Both the position numbers and the translations under genes were made by a program. The notes under the pieces were generated by a model, which did not search any database, was not told the origin of the DNA, and saw only the letters and a list, made by a program, of their open reading frames with translations. DNA of 64,000 bases from Bacteroidales bacterium (GTDB lineage: Bacteria; Bacteroidota; Bacteroidia; Bacteroidales; VadinHA17). Location of the stretch: the NCBI GenBank assembly GCA_049512815.1, contig JBEKWS010000019.1, forward strand, positions 20,835-84,834. The letters run 5' to 3'. This document shows, piece after piece, positions 19,452 to 29,002 of this stretch. Positions within the stretch are counted from its first letter, which is position 1. Each line of letters opens with the position of its first letter.

Positions 19452-20720
19452 ATGAACATTGACATACTGTTAGGACTGCAGTGGGGCGATGAGGGAAAGG
19501 GTAAAATTGTTGATGCTTTAAGTCCGATTTATGATGTTGTTGCCCGTTTTCAGGGTGGACCAAATGCCGGGCATTCTCTTGAGTTTAATAATGTTAAGCA
19601 CGTTCTCCATCTTATTCCTTCAGGTATATTTCATCCTGATAAAATCAATATTATAGGAAATGGGGTAGTAATAGATCCCTCTGTTTTTAAGAAAGAAATC
19701 GAAGAACTAGGACCTCCGATCAGTGAACTGACCAGACGACTTATTATATCTAACAGAGCCAACCTTATACTCCCTAGTCACAGGATATTGGATGCCGCTT
19801 ATGAGATACATAAAGGAAATAATAAAATCGGATCAACTCTTAAAGGAATTGGCCCTGCATATACTGATAAAACAAGCCGTAATGGGCTGAGAGTCGGAGA
19901 TATTTTCAGAGGAGATTTCAGGCAGATATATAATAATCATCTTAAGAACCATCTGATGATACTGAAAAACTATGATTTAAAATTCGATCTGAAAGAGTAC
20001 GAGAATGGTTGGTTCGAAGGAATTGAAATGTTGAAAAAATTTCCTATTGTTAATACCGAATACCTTGTTAATGAACTCATTGGAGAAGGCAAAAAAGTGC
20101 TCGCCGAAGGTGCGCAAGGAACAATGCTTGATGTGGATTTTGGTTCATATCCTTTTGTAACTTCATCAAACACTATTAGTGCCGGTGCATGTACAGGTTT
20201 AGGTATTTCACCAAAAATGATCGGTGAAATTTTCGGTATATTTAAAGCTTATTGTACCCGGGTCGGATGCGGCCCATTCCCTACTGAACTGCTTGATGAT
20301 ACTGGAGCAAACTTAAGGAATATCGGACATGAGTTCGGTTCCACAACCGGAAGACCACGACGTTGCGGATGGCTAGATCTGCCAGCATTGAAGTATTCTA
20401 TCATGATAAATGGTATTACAAAGCTTTTCATGACCAAAGCCGATGTAATGTCAGGTTTTAAAACCATAAAAATTTGCACTTCTTATAAAATTGACGGAAA
20501 AGTATGTCAGGAGCTGCCATTTGGAAACAATTCCCCGATTGAACCTGTATATACTGAGCTACAAGGATGGGAAGACATGATAACTGGCATAAGGGAATTT
20601 GATGAATTACCAGATACACTCAAAAAATACATAGAATTTATAGAGAAACATACCGGAGTACCCGTCACTATGGTCTCTGTCGGTCCCGACAGGAAGGAGA
20701 CAATATTCAGAAATCACTAA
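19452..20720 (+). CDS. purA: adenylosuccinate synthase
   Basis: 422 aa. Contains the GLQWGDEGKGKIVD P-loop and GSTTGRPRRCGWLD motifs. Confidence 0.97.
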   Translation: MNIDILLGLQWGDEGKGKIVDALSPIYDVVARFQGGPNAGHSLEFNNVKHVLHLIPSGIFHPDKINIIGNGVVIDPSVFKKEIEELGPPISELTRRLIISNRANLILPSHRILDAAYEIHKGNNKIGSTLKGIGPAYTDKTSRNGLRVGDIFRGDFRQIYNNHLKNHLMILKNYDLKFDLKEYENGWFEGIEMLKKFPIVNTEYLVNELIGEGKKVLAEGAQGTMLDVDFGSYPFVTSSNTISAGACTGLGISPKMIGEIFGIFKAYCTRVGCGPFPTELLDDTGANLRNIGHEFGSTTGRPRRCGWLDLPALKYSIMINGITKLFMTKADVMSGFKTIKICTSYKIDGKVCQELPFGNNSPIEPVYTELQGWEDMITGIREFDELPDTLKKYIEFIEKHTGVPVTMVSVGPDRKETIFRNH

Positions 20721-20793
20721 TCGTTTCTGTTTTTATTTGTTTTCAACCACCCTGACTGTAAAAATCAGGGGCCAGGTCTATAATCTTATTATA

Positions 20794-21267
20794 TCATTTC
20801 ATAGTATAAAGCCAGGCTTCATTCTGGACGGAATCCTGAAACTCCTTCAGTCGGGAAACTGCTTTTTTAAAACTATCATGAGCTTCTACCGATACAAGTT
20901 CAAACCTGCTTCCCACTATCTTTAGTATTTTTGGATCATAGCCATGTTTCCGGTATACTTCTGCAAGGCCTTTTGCATATTCAGGTGTGATGAAACTGCC
21001 AAGGATAATATTATACTTGTATTTTGCTTCCCCTGCTAACCTGCCTTCATCAGCTTTTCTTACAGAATCCAGTTTTGCATTTTCAATTGCCATTAAACGG
21101 ACCTGAACTTTTTTTATAGAATCGGCAGCCCTTATGCTGTCTTGCTGTGCTAACAATAATGCCAGCGTTTTGTCTTTCCCGCCAAATAGTCCTCCGCCCT
21201 TAAAATATTTACAGGACGGGAGAACAATCAGAAGTCCTATTAATACAATTGCCGATAAATTTCTCAT
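20794..21267 (-). CDS. SPOR-domain-like lipoprotein
   Basis: Signal/lipobox LLIVLPSC. C-terminal YKYNIILGSFITPEYAKGLAEVYRKHGYDPKILKI… resembles a SPOR peptidoglycan-binding repeat. Start placed at ATG 21267 rather than TTG 21288. Confidence 0.5.
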   Translation of the reverse strand: MRNLSAIVLIGLLIVLPSCKYFKGGGLFGGKDKTLALLLAQQDSIRAADSIKKVQVRLMAIENAKLDSVRKADEGRLAGEAKYKYNIILGSFITPEYAKGLAEVYRKHGYDPKILKIVGSRFELVSVEAHDSFKKAVSRLKEFQDSVQNEAWLYTMK

Positions 21268-21448
21268 AATAAGATATTTAAGATTCAAATAAAACTTGTT
21301 CCATTGTGTCTTTTAAAGAGTACTAACCAAAGATACAAATTATTGAAAACCAAACCAAATGATATAAATATAACAGCTGCATGTCAAAATACTGCAGATT
21401 TTGTATATTCGGCATATTAATTTTCTGCCAATTATAAAAACCGAGCTG

Positions 21449-23362
21449 ATGAAATCATTAATTCAATTCTTCGAAGAAAGCGTTGAAAAGTACAGCGATA
21501 ATGTTTATCTGTGGGAGAAACCTAATGATAAATATGAAGGAACAACTTATGGTGAAACAAAAAAGCAGGTTTATGAATTTGCTGCCGGACTTATAAAATT
21601 AGGAATAAAAAAGGGAGACAGGTTAAGCCTTATTTCTGAAGGCAGGAACAGCTGGGTTACAGGAGAATTAGGAATCCTGTACACCGGTGCAATTAATGTT
21701 CCATTATCAGTAAAGCTTAATCCGGATGAAATAAAATTCAGAATTAACCATTCAGGTTCAAGAATGATTCTGATCTCTTCAATTCAGGCTCAGAAACTGA
21801 AAGAAATACTTGTGGAGTGCCCTTTAATAGAAAAAATAATTCATTTTGATACGCAGGAAGAGTATTCAAAAAATGAGATCCATTTTAATGAAGTAAGGAA
21901 GAACGGAAGGGAATGGCTGGAATCGACTGATAATTATGCGAATTTCGAGAAATTATTCAAAAGCCTCACTCCTGATGATTTTGCAAACATCTGCTATACA
22001 TCAGGTACAACTGCCGATCCAAAAGGTATCATTCTGACTCATGGAAATTATGTCACAAATGTTTACCAGGCTTACAGTCTGATAGATATCCCATCTTTCT
22101 ACAAGACACTTATTATCCTGCCCTGGGACCATTCTTTCGGACATACCGGCGGAATATTTGCATTCATGGGTAAAGGAGCAAGCATAGCCTCGGTAAAAAC
22201 AGGAAAAACTCCAATGGAGACTTTAAGGAACCTTCCAGCTTGTCTGAAAGAAATTAAGCCTAATATGCTCATGAGCGTTCCTGCAATTGCAAAGAATTTC
22301 AGGAAGAATATTGAAAAAGGTATTAAAGAAAAAGGGAGTGCAATTGAGATGCTTTTTAACCATGCACTTAAGGTCTCCTACTCATATAACAAAGAGGGTT
22401 GGAATAAAGGGAGAGGTTTGCAGAGACTTAAAAAACCTCTTCTCAGGCTTTATGATAAGATTCTGTTCAGTAAGATTCGTGAGGCTTATGGTGGAGAACT
22501 CGACTATTTTATTGGCGGTGGAGCCCTCCTTGAAATAGAACTTCAGAGATTCTTTTATGCTCTGGGAATCCCAATGTATCAGGGTTATGGATTAAGTGAA
22601 GCTTCGCCCGTTATATCTTCTAATTCCACCAGTCGTCATAAACTAGGATCATCCGGAGCGCTTGTAAATAATATGGATCTTAAAATATGCGATGACAATG
22701 ACAATGAAGTACCTATAGGTCAAAAAGGTGAGATAGTCATCAGAGGTGGAAATGTTATGCATGGCTATTGGAAAAACGATGCCGCTACAAAAGATACAAT
22801 AAAAAATGGATGGTTGTATACGGGCGATATGGGGTATATGTCCGAAGATGGGTTCCTCTATGTACTGGGACGATTTAAAAGTCTCCTAATTGCCGATGAT
22901 GGTGAAAAATTCAGCCCTGAAGGTATAGAGGAAGCAATCTCAGAACAATCAAAATACATTGATCAATGTATGCTTTACAACAACCAGAAAGCATACACTG
23001 TAGCTCTTGTAGTACCGAACGAGCATACACTCAAATTATTTCTTGAAGAAAAGAATCTGACTGCTGACTCAGACGAAGGTAAGCGTGCTGTTATTACTTT
23101 GATTGAAAGTGAAGTAAATGAATATCGTACTAATGGAAAATTCGGTAGTATGTTTCCTCAGAGATGGCTTCCGGTTGCAATTGGTATTCTGGAAGAAAGT
23201 TTTACAGAAGATAATGGTCTCATGAATTCTACAATGAAGATTGTAAGAGGAAAAGTAATGGACAAGTATCAGGACCTGATTGATTATTTATATACTCCTG
23301 ATGCAAAAGCAGTTACTAATGAAAGAAATATCGAAGAGGTCGAAAAAATGAAGCTTGGTTAG
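21449..23362 (+). CDS. long-chain fatty-acid--CoA ligase (AMP-binding superfamily)
   Basis: AMP-binding motif YTSGTTADPKGIILTHGN and GWLYTGDMG. Start placed at ATG 21449 (MKSLIQFFEE) rather than TTG 21401. Confidence 0.85.
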   Translation: MKSLIQFFEESVEKYSDNVYLWEKPNDKYEGTTYGETKKQVYEFAAGLIKLGIKKGDRLSLISEGRNSWVTGELGILYTGAINVPLSVKLNPDEIKFRINHSGSRMILISSIQAQKLKEILVECPLIEKIIHFDTQEEYSKNEIHFNEVRKNGREWLESTDNYANFEKLFKSLTPDDFANICYTSGTTADPKGIILTHGNYVTNVYQAYSLIDIPSFYKTLIILPWDHSFGHTGGIFAFMGKGASIASVKTGKTPMETLRNLPACLKEIKPNMLMSVPAIAKNFRKNIEKGIKEKGSAIEMLFNHALKVSYSYNKEGWNKGRGLQRLKKPLLRLYDKILFSKIREAYGGELDYFIGGGALLEIELQRFFYALGIPMYQGYGLSEASPVISSNSTSRHKLGSSGALVNNMDLKICDDNDNEVPIGQKGEIVIRGGNVMHGYWKNDAATKDTIKNGWLYTGDMGYMSEDGFLYVLGRFKSLLIADDGEKFSPEGIEEAISEQSKYIDQCMLYNNQKAYTVALVVPNEHTLKLFLEEKNLTADSDEGKRAVITLIESEVNEYRTNGKFGSMFPQRWLPVAIGILEESFTEDNGLMNSTMKIVRGKVMDKYQDLIDYLYTPDAKAVTNERNIEEVEKMKLG

Positions 23363-23397
23363 ATAGATTGGAGACTACCCGATCAAAATAAATGTAA

Positions 23398-25422
23398 ATG
23401 AGATCTTTTGTTATAACATTAGCAATGTTGCTTTTTGTTTTAAGTGTATCATGTACACATAAAAATGAAATAAACTGGAAAATTGCTGAAAACCCAATTC
23501 TTACAAAATGGGCCCCCAATGTTGACCCTTTAAAGCCATGGTTACAATATCCTCGTCCTGATATGATAAGAAATGCATGGATAAATCTTAATGGTCTTTG
23601 GGATTATGCAGTTACACCAATGGGTACAAAACCGGAAAAGTGGGATGGTTCAATCCTTGTTCCATACGCTGTCGAATCAGCAATATCGGGTGTGAAAAGA
23701 AAAGTCTCTGAAAATGAGAATCTCTGGTATAAAAGAAGCTTTAGAATACCGAATGTTTGGAATAAAAAACATATCCTTCTAAATTTTGAGGCATGCGACT
23801 GGGAAACTATGGTTTGGATTGATGGAAAAAAGGTCGGAACACACCGTGGTGGATACGATCCATTTACTTTTGATATTACACAATCTCTTGTTGATAAGAA
23901 ACTTCATGAATTGCTTGTTTGTGTCTGGGACCCCACTGATAAGGGAACTCAGCCGCGTGGTAAACAGGTTTCATCCCCGGGTAGTATCTGGTATACTTCA
24001 ACAACTGGAATCTGGCAAACAGTTTGGATTGAACCGGTAAACGAATCTTACATTTCTTCATTCAGGACCATTACTAATGCTGATAACGGAACTCTTATCT
24101 TTAAAACAGATGTAAAAAATGCTGGCGCCGGTTCACTTTCATTCACAATTAAGAAAGAAGGAAGAACAATCGCAACAGCCAGAGGGAATACTGATAAGGA
24201 GATTAGTGTGCAGATTAAAGATCCTATGCTCTGGACTCCTGACAAGCCTTTTTTATATGATATCATCATCGAATTAAAAAATAAAAATAAAACGATAGAC
24301 AAGGTGAAATCTTATACCGGCATCCGAAAGATATCTATTGGAAAAACTTCTGACGGGTTTACAAGGATGTTACTGAATAATGAATTTGTATATCAGAATG
24401 GTCCTCTCGATCAGGGATTCTGGCCGGATGGTATTTATACACCTCCAACTGAAAAGGCAATGGTAAATGATCTGCAAATGATTAAAAGAATGGGGTTCAA
24501 TATGTTGCGGAAACATGTAAAAGTTGAAAACAGGATCTTCTATTATTGGTGCGATAAGCTCGGTATTATTGTATGGCAGGATATGCCAAGTGGGGATAAA
24601 TCTATCGGAGGGAACCAACCCGATATCGATAAATCAAAAGAGGCAACAGAACAGTATGAATTCGAATTGAGACGAATGATAGAAACAAAATATAATCATC
24701 CATCAATCATTATGTGGGTTCCGTTTAACGAAGGATGGGGTCAGTTTGAAACTGGGAGAATTACTCATCTGATAACAGATTATGATACTACAAGACTCGT
24801 TAACAGTGCATCTGGCTGGACCGACAGAGGAACGGGCAATATTAATGATATTCATCATTATCCCGACCCTGCTGCTCAGCCGGCCGAGGAGAAAAGAGCA
24901 ATAGTGCTTGGTGAATTTGGGGGACTCGGGCTTCCTCTCCAGGGTCATACGTGGGAACAAAAGAACTGGGGATACAGGAATATGGAAGATACACTTCAGC
25001 TACTTACCCGATATGAATCTTATTATGATCTGGTTCAAAGGTTCGTGAAAGAGAATGGCTTAAGCGCAACAGTTTATACTCAGACCACCGATGTGGAGAC
25101 GGAAACGAATGGTCTCATGACCTACGACAGAAAGATAAATAAGATGGGAACTGAAAACGTTTTCAATGCAAATCATAATATTATTCCACCATCAATTGTT
25201 TCCCCCATCAGGATATTTACTGATAACTATATTATTGAATTAAAAAATTCCAGAGAAGGCGGGGAAATTTTCTATACTACCGATGGCAGTAATCCGAACG
25301 AAAAATCTACTCAGTATACTGGACCATTTAAAGTATCAGAAACCACTACAATTAAGGCATTCACAAAATGGAGTGACGCACAGAGCCGGGTAATTTCTTA
25401 TTTGATTGAGAAGAAAAATTAA
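23398..25422 (+). CDS. glycoside hydrolase family 2-like lipoprotein with a C-terminal chitobiase/Fn3-associated domain
   Basis: 674 aa. Lipoprotein signal LFVLSVSC, GH2 sugar-binding/Ig/TIM order with WVPFNEGWG (acid/base NE), and a C-terminal GGEIFYTTDGSNPNEKSTQYTGPF motif. Confidence 0.75.
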   Translation: MRSFVITLAMLLFVLSVSCTHKNEINWKIAENPILTKWAPNVDPLKPWLQYPRPDMIRNAWINLNGLWDYAVTPMGTKPEKWDGSILVPYAVESAISGVKRKVSENENLWYKRSFRIPNVWNKKHILLNFEACDWETMVWIDGKKVGTHRGGYDPFTFDITQSLVDKKLHELLVCVWDPTDKGTQPRGKQVSSPGSIWYTSTTGIWQTVWIEPVNESYISSFRTITNADNGTLIFKTDVKNAGAGSLSFTIKKEGRTIATARGNTDKEISVQIKDPMLWTPDKPFLYDIIIELKNKNKTIDKVKSYTGIRKISIGKTSDGFTRMLLNNEFVYQNGPLDQGFWPDGIYTPPTEKAMVNDLQMIKRMGFNMLRKHVKVENRIFYYWCDKLGIIVWQDMPSGDKSIGGNQPDIDKSKEATEQYEFELRRMIETKYNHPSIIMWVPFNEGWGQFETGRITHLITDYDTTRLVNSASGWTDRGTGNINDIHHYPDPAAQPAEEKRAIVLGEFGGLGLPLQGHTWEQKNWGYRNMEDTLQLLTRYESYYDLVQRFVKENGLSATVYTQTTDVETETNGLMTYDRKINKMGTENVFNANHNIIPPSIVSPIRIFTDNYIIELKNSREGGEIFYTTDGSNPNEKSTQYTGPFKVSETTTIKAFTKWSDAQSRVISYLIEKKN

Positions 25423-25970
25423 ACTATTAACCTGCTCTTGAACGGCAGGAAAGTCATAAAGTCGGCATGATGAACAATATATGCCTCAGTGGTTCTTTTC
25501 ACCAGATCACCTTCATGTGCATGGGCTGCAATTATATGGCACACTTCAGGTGGTATTCCGCATTCCTCCGCCAGAGAGACTCCTGAAAATGGGTGCCTGA
25601 GATATTGCCCGTACTTACCCTGAACAGCCTTTCCTTCTTTATCAAGCTCATATTCGAGCAATTTACCAACATCGGCGAGGATGGCTCCGGAAATTAGAAC
25701 ATCCATATTAACAGGAAGGTCAGTTGTGAAAAATTCGTTCATCTTCTCACCGCATGATCTGGCAACATGAACGACACATCTTTTGTGAGCGATGAAACTT
25801 ACCTTAAGGTCAGGGCCACACAAAAGTGTAAATGGGATTCTCTCAAGATCGCCGGTTGTCAGGACACTCCTTTTAAGTGCAGTTTCCCAGGTTTTAGCAG
25901 TTTTTTCCCTGAGTAAGTTGTCTTTTATCCATTCAAGTTCCGGCCACAATTTTTTAACCTGTTCAGTCAT
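25419..25970 (-). CDS. HD-superfamily-like protein with a non-canonical dyad
   Basis: 183 aa with HD-domain-like layout (…IAHKRCVVHVARS…, …IAAHAHEGD…, …IVHHADF…). The usual HD dyad position reads ILADVGK (Ala-Asp). Confidence 0.5.
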   Translation of the reverse strand: MTEQVKKLWPELEWIKDNLLREKTAKTWETALKRSVLTTGDLERIPFTLLCGPDLKVSFIAHKRCVVHVARSCGEKMNEFFTTDLPVNMDVLISGAILADVGKLLEYELDKEGKAVQGKYGQYLRHPFSGVSLAEECGIPPEVCHIIAAHAHEGDLVKRTTEAYIVHHADFMTFLPFKSRLIV

Positions 25971-25985
25971 TTGAAATTGTTTTTG

Positions 25986-27182
25986 TTATTTTAATCTTGC
26001 TATTATGGCATCAGTCATCTGTAATGTTGAAGCGGCACCATGATAAACTACTTCAGGTCTGCCTGCCAACTTCATCATATCATAAGTTCTGACTTTACCT
26101 TCTTCGATCACGGCAGCAACCGCTTTACGGATTTTAGATGATATTTTCTTCTCATCAAGATAATCAAGCATCATACAGGCCGATTCAATCATTGCAATAG
26201 GGTTCACTATTGAAACTTCATAACCGGCATATTTCGGAGCTGAACCATGGGTTGGTTCAAACACTGCAATACCGTCAGAGGAGAACTGAGCACTGCAGGC
26301 AAACCCTAACCCCCCTATGAGGCCGGCAAAAGCGTCGGACGCAATATCTCCAAACATGTTACCTGCAACAATTACGCCATACTCCTCAGGATTTTTTGTA
26401 AGCCACATCATTTGTGCATCTATATTAGTGTTCAGTAGTTTAATTTCAGGAAAAGAGTTTTTCTGGATCCCTTTTGCCAGTTTCCACATCAACCCGGATG
26501 TTTCTCTGATCACATTTGGCTTCTCACAGACTGTGACTGATTTATATCCATACTTCTTTGCATATTCAAAAGCTGCCATTAGAATTCTCATAGTTGCTTT
26601 TCTGGTAAAGATCCTTGTAGAAATTGAAATTTCCTCGACAGGAACTTTCCCAAAATTTTCGACGAATTTAGGATGAGTCATAAAAGCCTGATGAACATGG
26701 GCCGGAGGATTGGTCCATTCAACACCTGAATATAAACATTCCGTATTCTGACGGAATATTACTACATCAACGAGTGGTTCATCAATTGTATTACCTTTCC
26801 CTCTTCTGACAAAGTTAAGCGGGTTACCTTTGTAAGACTTGCACGGACGCACACATATATCAAGATTAAAGAGTTGTCTTAAACCTACAATGGGACTTGA
26901 ATAGGTAAATCCTTTCCCTTGCAGATCCGGAGAAAGTTCAGCCTTTGACTCATCATCAGGTTTTGAGGTAATTGCTCCAAAAAGTGCAATTTTATATTTT
27001 TTAATAAGATCAATGGTTCTTTGAGGTAAAGGATTGCCCTCTTTACACCAGAATTCCCAGCCAATATCGCCATGTAAATAATTGGCTTCAAATCGTGCCG
27101 CATCCAGTACCCTGATCGCCTGCTTAAGAACGACAACTCCTATCCCATCGCCTGGTAAAGTAACTATAGTACGTTTTGACAT
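25986..27182 (-). CDS. isocitrate/isopropylmalate dehydrogenase family protein
   Basis: 398 aa. TLPGDGIG N-terminus, GLRQLFNLDICVRP, VIFRQNTECLYSGVEW, and NMFGDIASD metal-site motif. Substrate specificity cannot be resolved by eye. Confidence 0.85.
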   Translation of the reverse strand: MSKRTIVTLPGDGIGVVVLKQAIRVLDAARFEANYLHGDIGWEFWCKEGNPLPQRTIDLIKKYKIALFGAITSKPDDESKAELSPDLQGKGFTYSSPIVGLRQLFNLDICVRPCKSYKGNPLNFVRRGKGNTIDEPLVDVVIFRQNTECLYSGVEWTNPPAHVHQAFMTHPKFVENFGKVPVEEISISTRIFTRKATMRILMAAFEYAKKYGYKSVTVCEKPNVIRETSGLMWKLAKGIQKNSFPEIKLLNTNIDAQMMWLTKNPEEYGVIVAGNMFGDIASDAFAGLIGGLGFACSAQFSSDGIAVFEPTHGSAPKYAGYEVSIVNPIAMIESACMMLDYLDEKKISSKIRKAVAAVIEEGKVRTYDMMKLAGRPEVVYHGAASTLQMTDAIIARLK

Positions 27183-27299
27183 ATGAATTGTATCTGTTTG
27201 GTTAAGAATGGATGTTAATTGTAAAAATAGTTAATTTATTACAAGACTTAAAACCAGACTAAAATTATACAATAAAGCCGGAAAGATGAAAATAATTGG

Positions 27300-27307
27300 T
27301 ACTTTTG
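27300..27307 (+). promoter_or_regulatory. -7 promoter box TACTTTTG
   Basis: Exact TAnnTTTG match, 29 nt upstream of the ATG at 27336. Confidence 0.45.
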
Positions 27308-27335
27308 CGGCCATTAAAAGACCATTAGTTCTAGT

Positions 27336-28799
27336 ATGAGCATTTTAAGTCAATTAAATCCGGAGCCGATCTGGATCTACTTTGAAGAGATTTGTAATAT
27401 TCCACGACTGTCAAAGAATGAGGGGAAAATCAGACGGTATCTTCTTGATTTTGCTAAGAATAACAATCTGGAATCGAAAGAGGATGAAATTGGGAATATA
27501 CTGATTGTCAAACCACCAACAGCGGGAATGGAGGACAGGAAGACGGTTGTTCTTCAGAGTCACATGGACATGGTTGGGGAAAAAAATGCTGACTATCCGC
27601 ATGATTGGACAACTGATCCAATAATACCATCTATACAAGATGGATGGGTCACAGCTGCTGGGACTACGCTTGGTGCCGATGATGGGATCGGTATTGCCTC
27701 ACAAATGGCAATCCTTACAGATAAAAACCTGAAGGCAGGGCAGATCGAATGCCTGTTCACGGTAGATGAAGAATCAGGTATGACAGGTGCAATTAATCTT
27801 AAAGCTGATTTTTTCACCGGCAGAACACTTATTAATCTCGATTCGGAAGATGAAGGAATACTTTTCATAGGTTGTGCAGGAGGTATGGACACAATAGGAA
27901 CCATGAATTATAACTCTATTCCGGCAGAAGATGGCTCATGTGCGCTTGATATATCTGTGACTGGTCTGCATGGTGGTCATTCCGGAGATGAAATTCACAA
28001 AGGCTACGGCAATGCTGTTAAAATAATGAACAGGATATTATGGAATATTTCAAATCAGTTTGAAATTTCGGTAGCTAACTTTGATGGAGGGAATCTTCGG
28101 AACGCAATTCCAAGAGAAGCTTTTTCGACAATTGCGTTTAACAAAACAGCTAATGAACCGATAAAAAACCGGATCAATGGTTTTTACTTAACTCTGACTG
28201 ATGAATTTGGAGATTTGGAGAAAGAGTTAAAGATTTCCGTGAAAGAAGTTGATCCTCCCCCATACATAATGGATAAGGAGAATCAAAAAAAATTTCTTAA
28301 TGCTCTATCTTGTTGTCCTCATGGTGTTATTGCATGGTCGAAGGTGATGGATGATCTGGTTGAAACATCTACAAACCTCGCATCAGCTAAGTTCAGTGAA
28401 AACAATACAATAAAAATTATTACCACCCAAAGAAGTTCAGTTGAATCATCTAAACTTGAAGCTTGCTCAACAGTTGAATCTTGTCTGAAACTTGCCGGAG
28501 CAAAAGTGGTTCATTCTGATGGATATCCGGGTTGGAAGCCAAATCTTGCATCAGAGATCCTGAAAATAACCCGTAAATCATATCTTAAGCTATTTGGAAA
28601 AGAGCCTTCAATCAGGGCAATACATGCTGGTCTTGAGTGTGGTCTGGTATTTGAAAAGATCAAAGGGATTGACATGATATCTTTTGGGCCAACTATCAAA
28701 GGAGCTCATACTCCTGAAGAGATGATTGAAATCAGGACAGCTCAAATGTTCTGGGATCTCCTCATTGATGTAGTCAGAAATATGCCGGTTCAAGAATAA
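27336..28799 (+). CDS. pepD: aminoacyl-histidine dipeptidase (M20C, PepD-like)
   Basis: 487 aa. Contains LQSHMDMVGEK, GADDGIG and FTVDEESGMTGA motifs of the Xaa-His dipeptidase family. Confidence 0.9.
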   Translation: MSILSQLNPEPIWIYFEEICNIPRLSKNEGKIRRYLLDFAKNNNLESKEDEIGNILIVKPPTAGMEDRKTVVLQSHMDMVGEKNADYPHDWTTDPIIPSIQDGWVTAAGTTLGADDGIGIASQMAILTDKNLKAGQIECLFTVDEESGMTGAINLKADFFTGRTLINLDSEDEGILFIGCAGGMDTIGTMNYNSIPAEDGSCALDISVTGLHGGHSGDEIHKGYGNAVKIMNRILWNISNQFEISVANFDGGNLRNAIPREAFSTIAFNKTANEPIKNRINGFYLTLTDEFGDLEKELKISVKEVDPPPYIMDKENQKKFLNALSCCPHGVIAWSKVMDDLVETSTNLASAKFSENNTIKIITTQRSSVESSKLEACSTVESCLKLAGAKVVHSDGYPGWKPNLASEILKITRKSYLKLFGKEPSIRAIHAGLECGLVFEKIKGIDMISFGPTIKGAHTPEEMIEIRTAQMFWDLLIDVVRNMPVQE

Positions 28800-28832
28800 T
28801 AGTCTGTTATTTGTACAGGAAATATTGGCTGG

Positions 28833-28995
28833 TTAATCATAAATTAGGAATTCATCTTTACCTGCACCACAAACAGGGCATATATAATCGACCGGGAGAT
28901 TGTCGAAAGAGATGCCCGGTTCTATTCCACCGGAAGGGTCTCCCTGTTCCGGATCATACATATATCCGCAAATGGTGCATTTAAACCTTTCCATA
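28833..28995 (-). CDS. rubredoxin, with its ATG one base out of frame relative to the rubredoxin reading frame
   Basis: Not in the ORF track because it is under 60 aa. The minus strand reads ATGGAAAGGTTTAAAATGCACCATTTGCGGATAT… The frame ending at TAA (28833-28835) encodes [49 protein letters not shown], with both CxxCG knuckles. ATG-to-stop is 163 nt, which is not a multiple of 3. Removing one A from the AAAA run gives [11 protein letters not shown]…. Confidence 0.65.
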
Positions 28996-29002
28996 ATATA
29001 AA

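Noticed and set aside
20750-20770. Short hairpin CCCTGA…TCAGGG between purA and the SPOR-like gene, considered as a terminator.
   Set aside because: It has only a 6-bp stem with a 9-nt loop and no flanking T-run. That is too weak to list as a feature.
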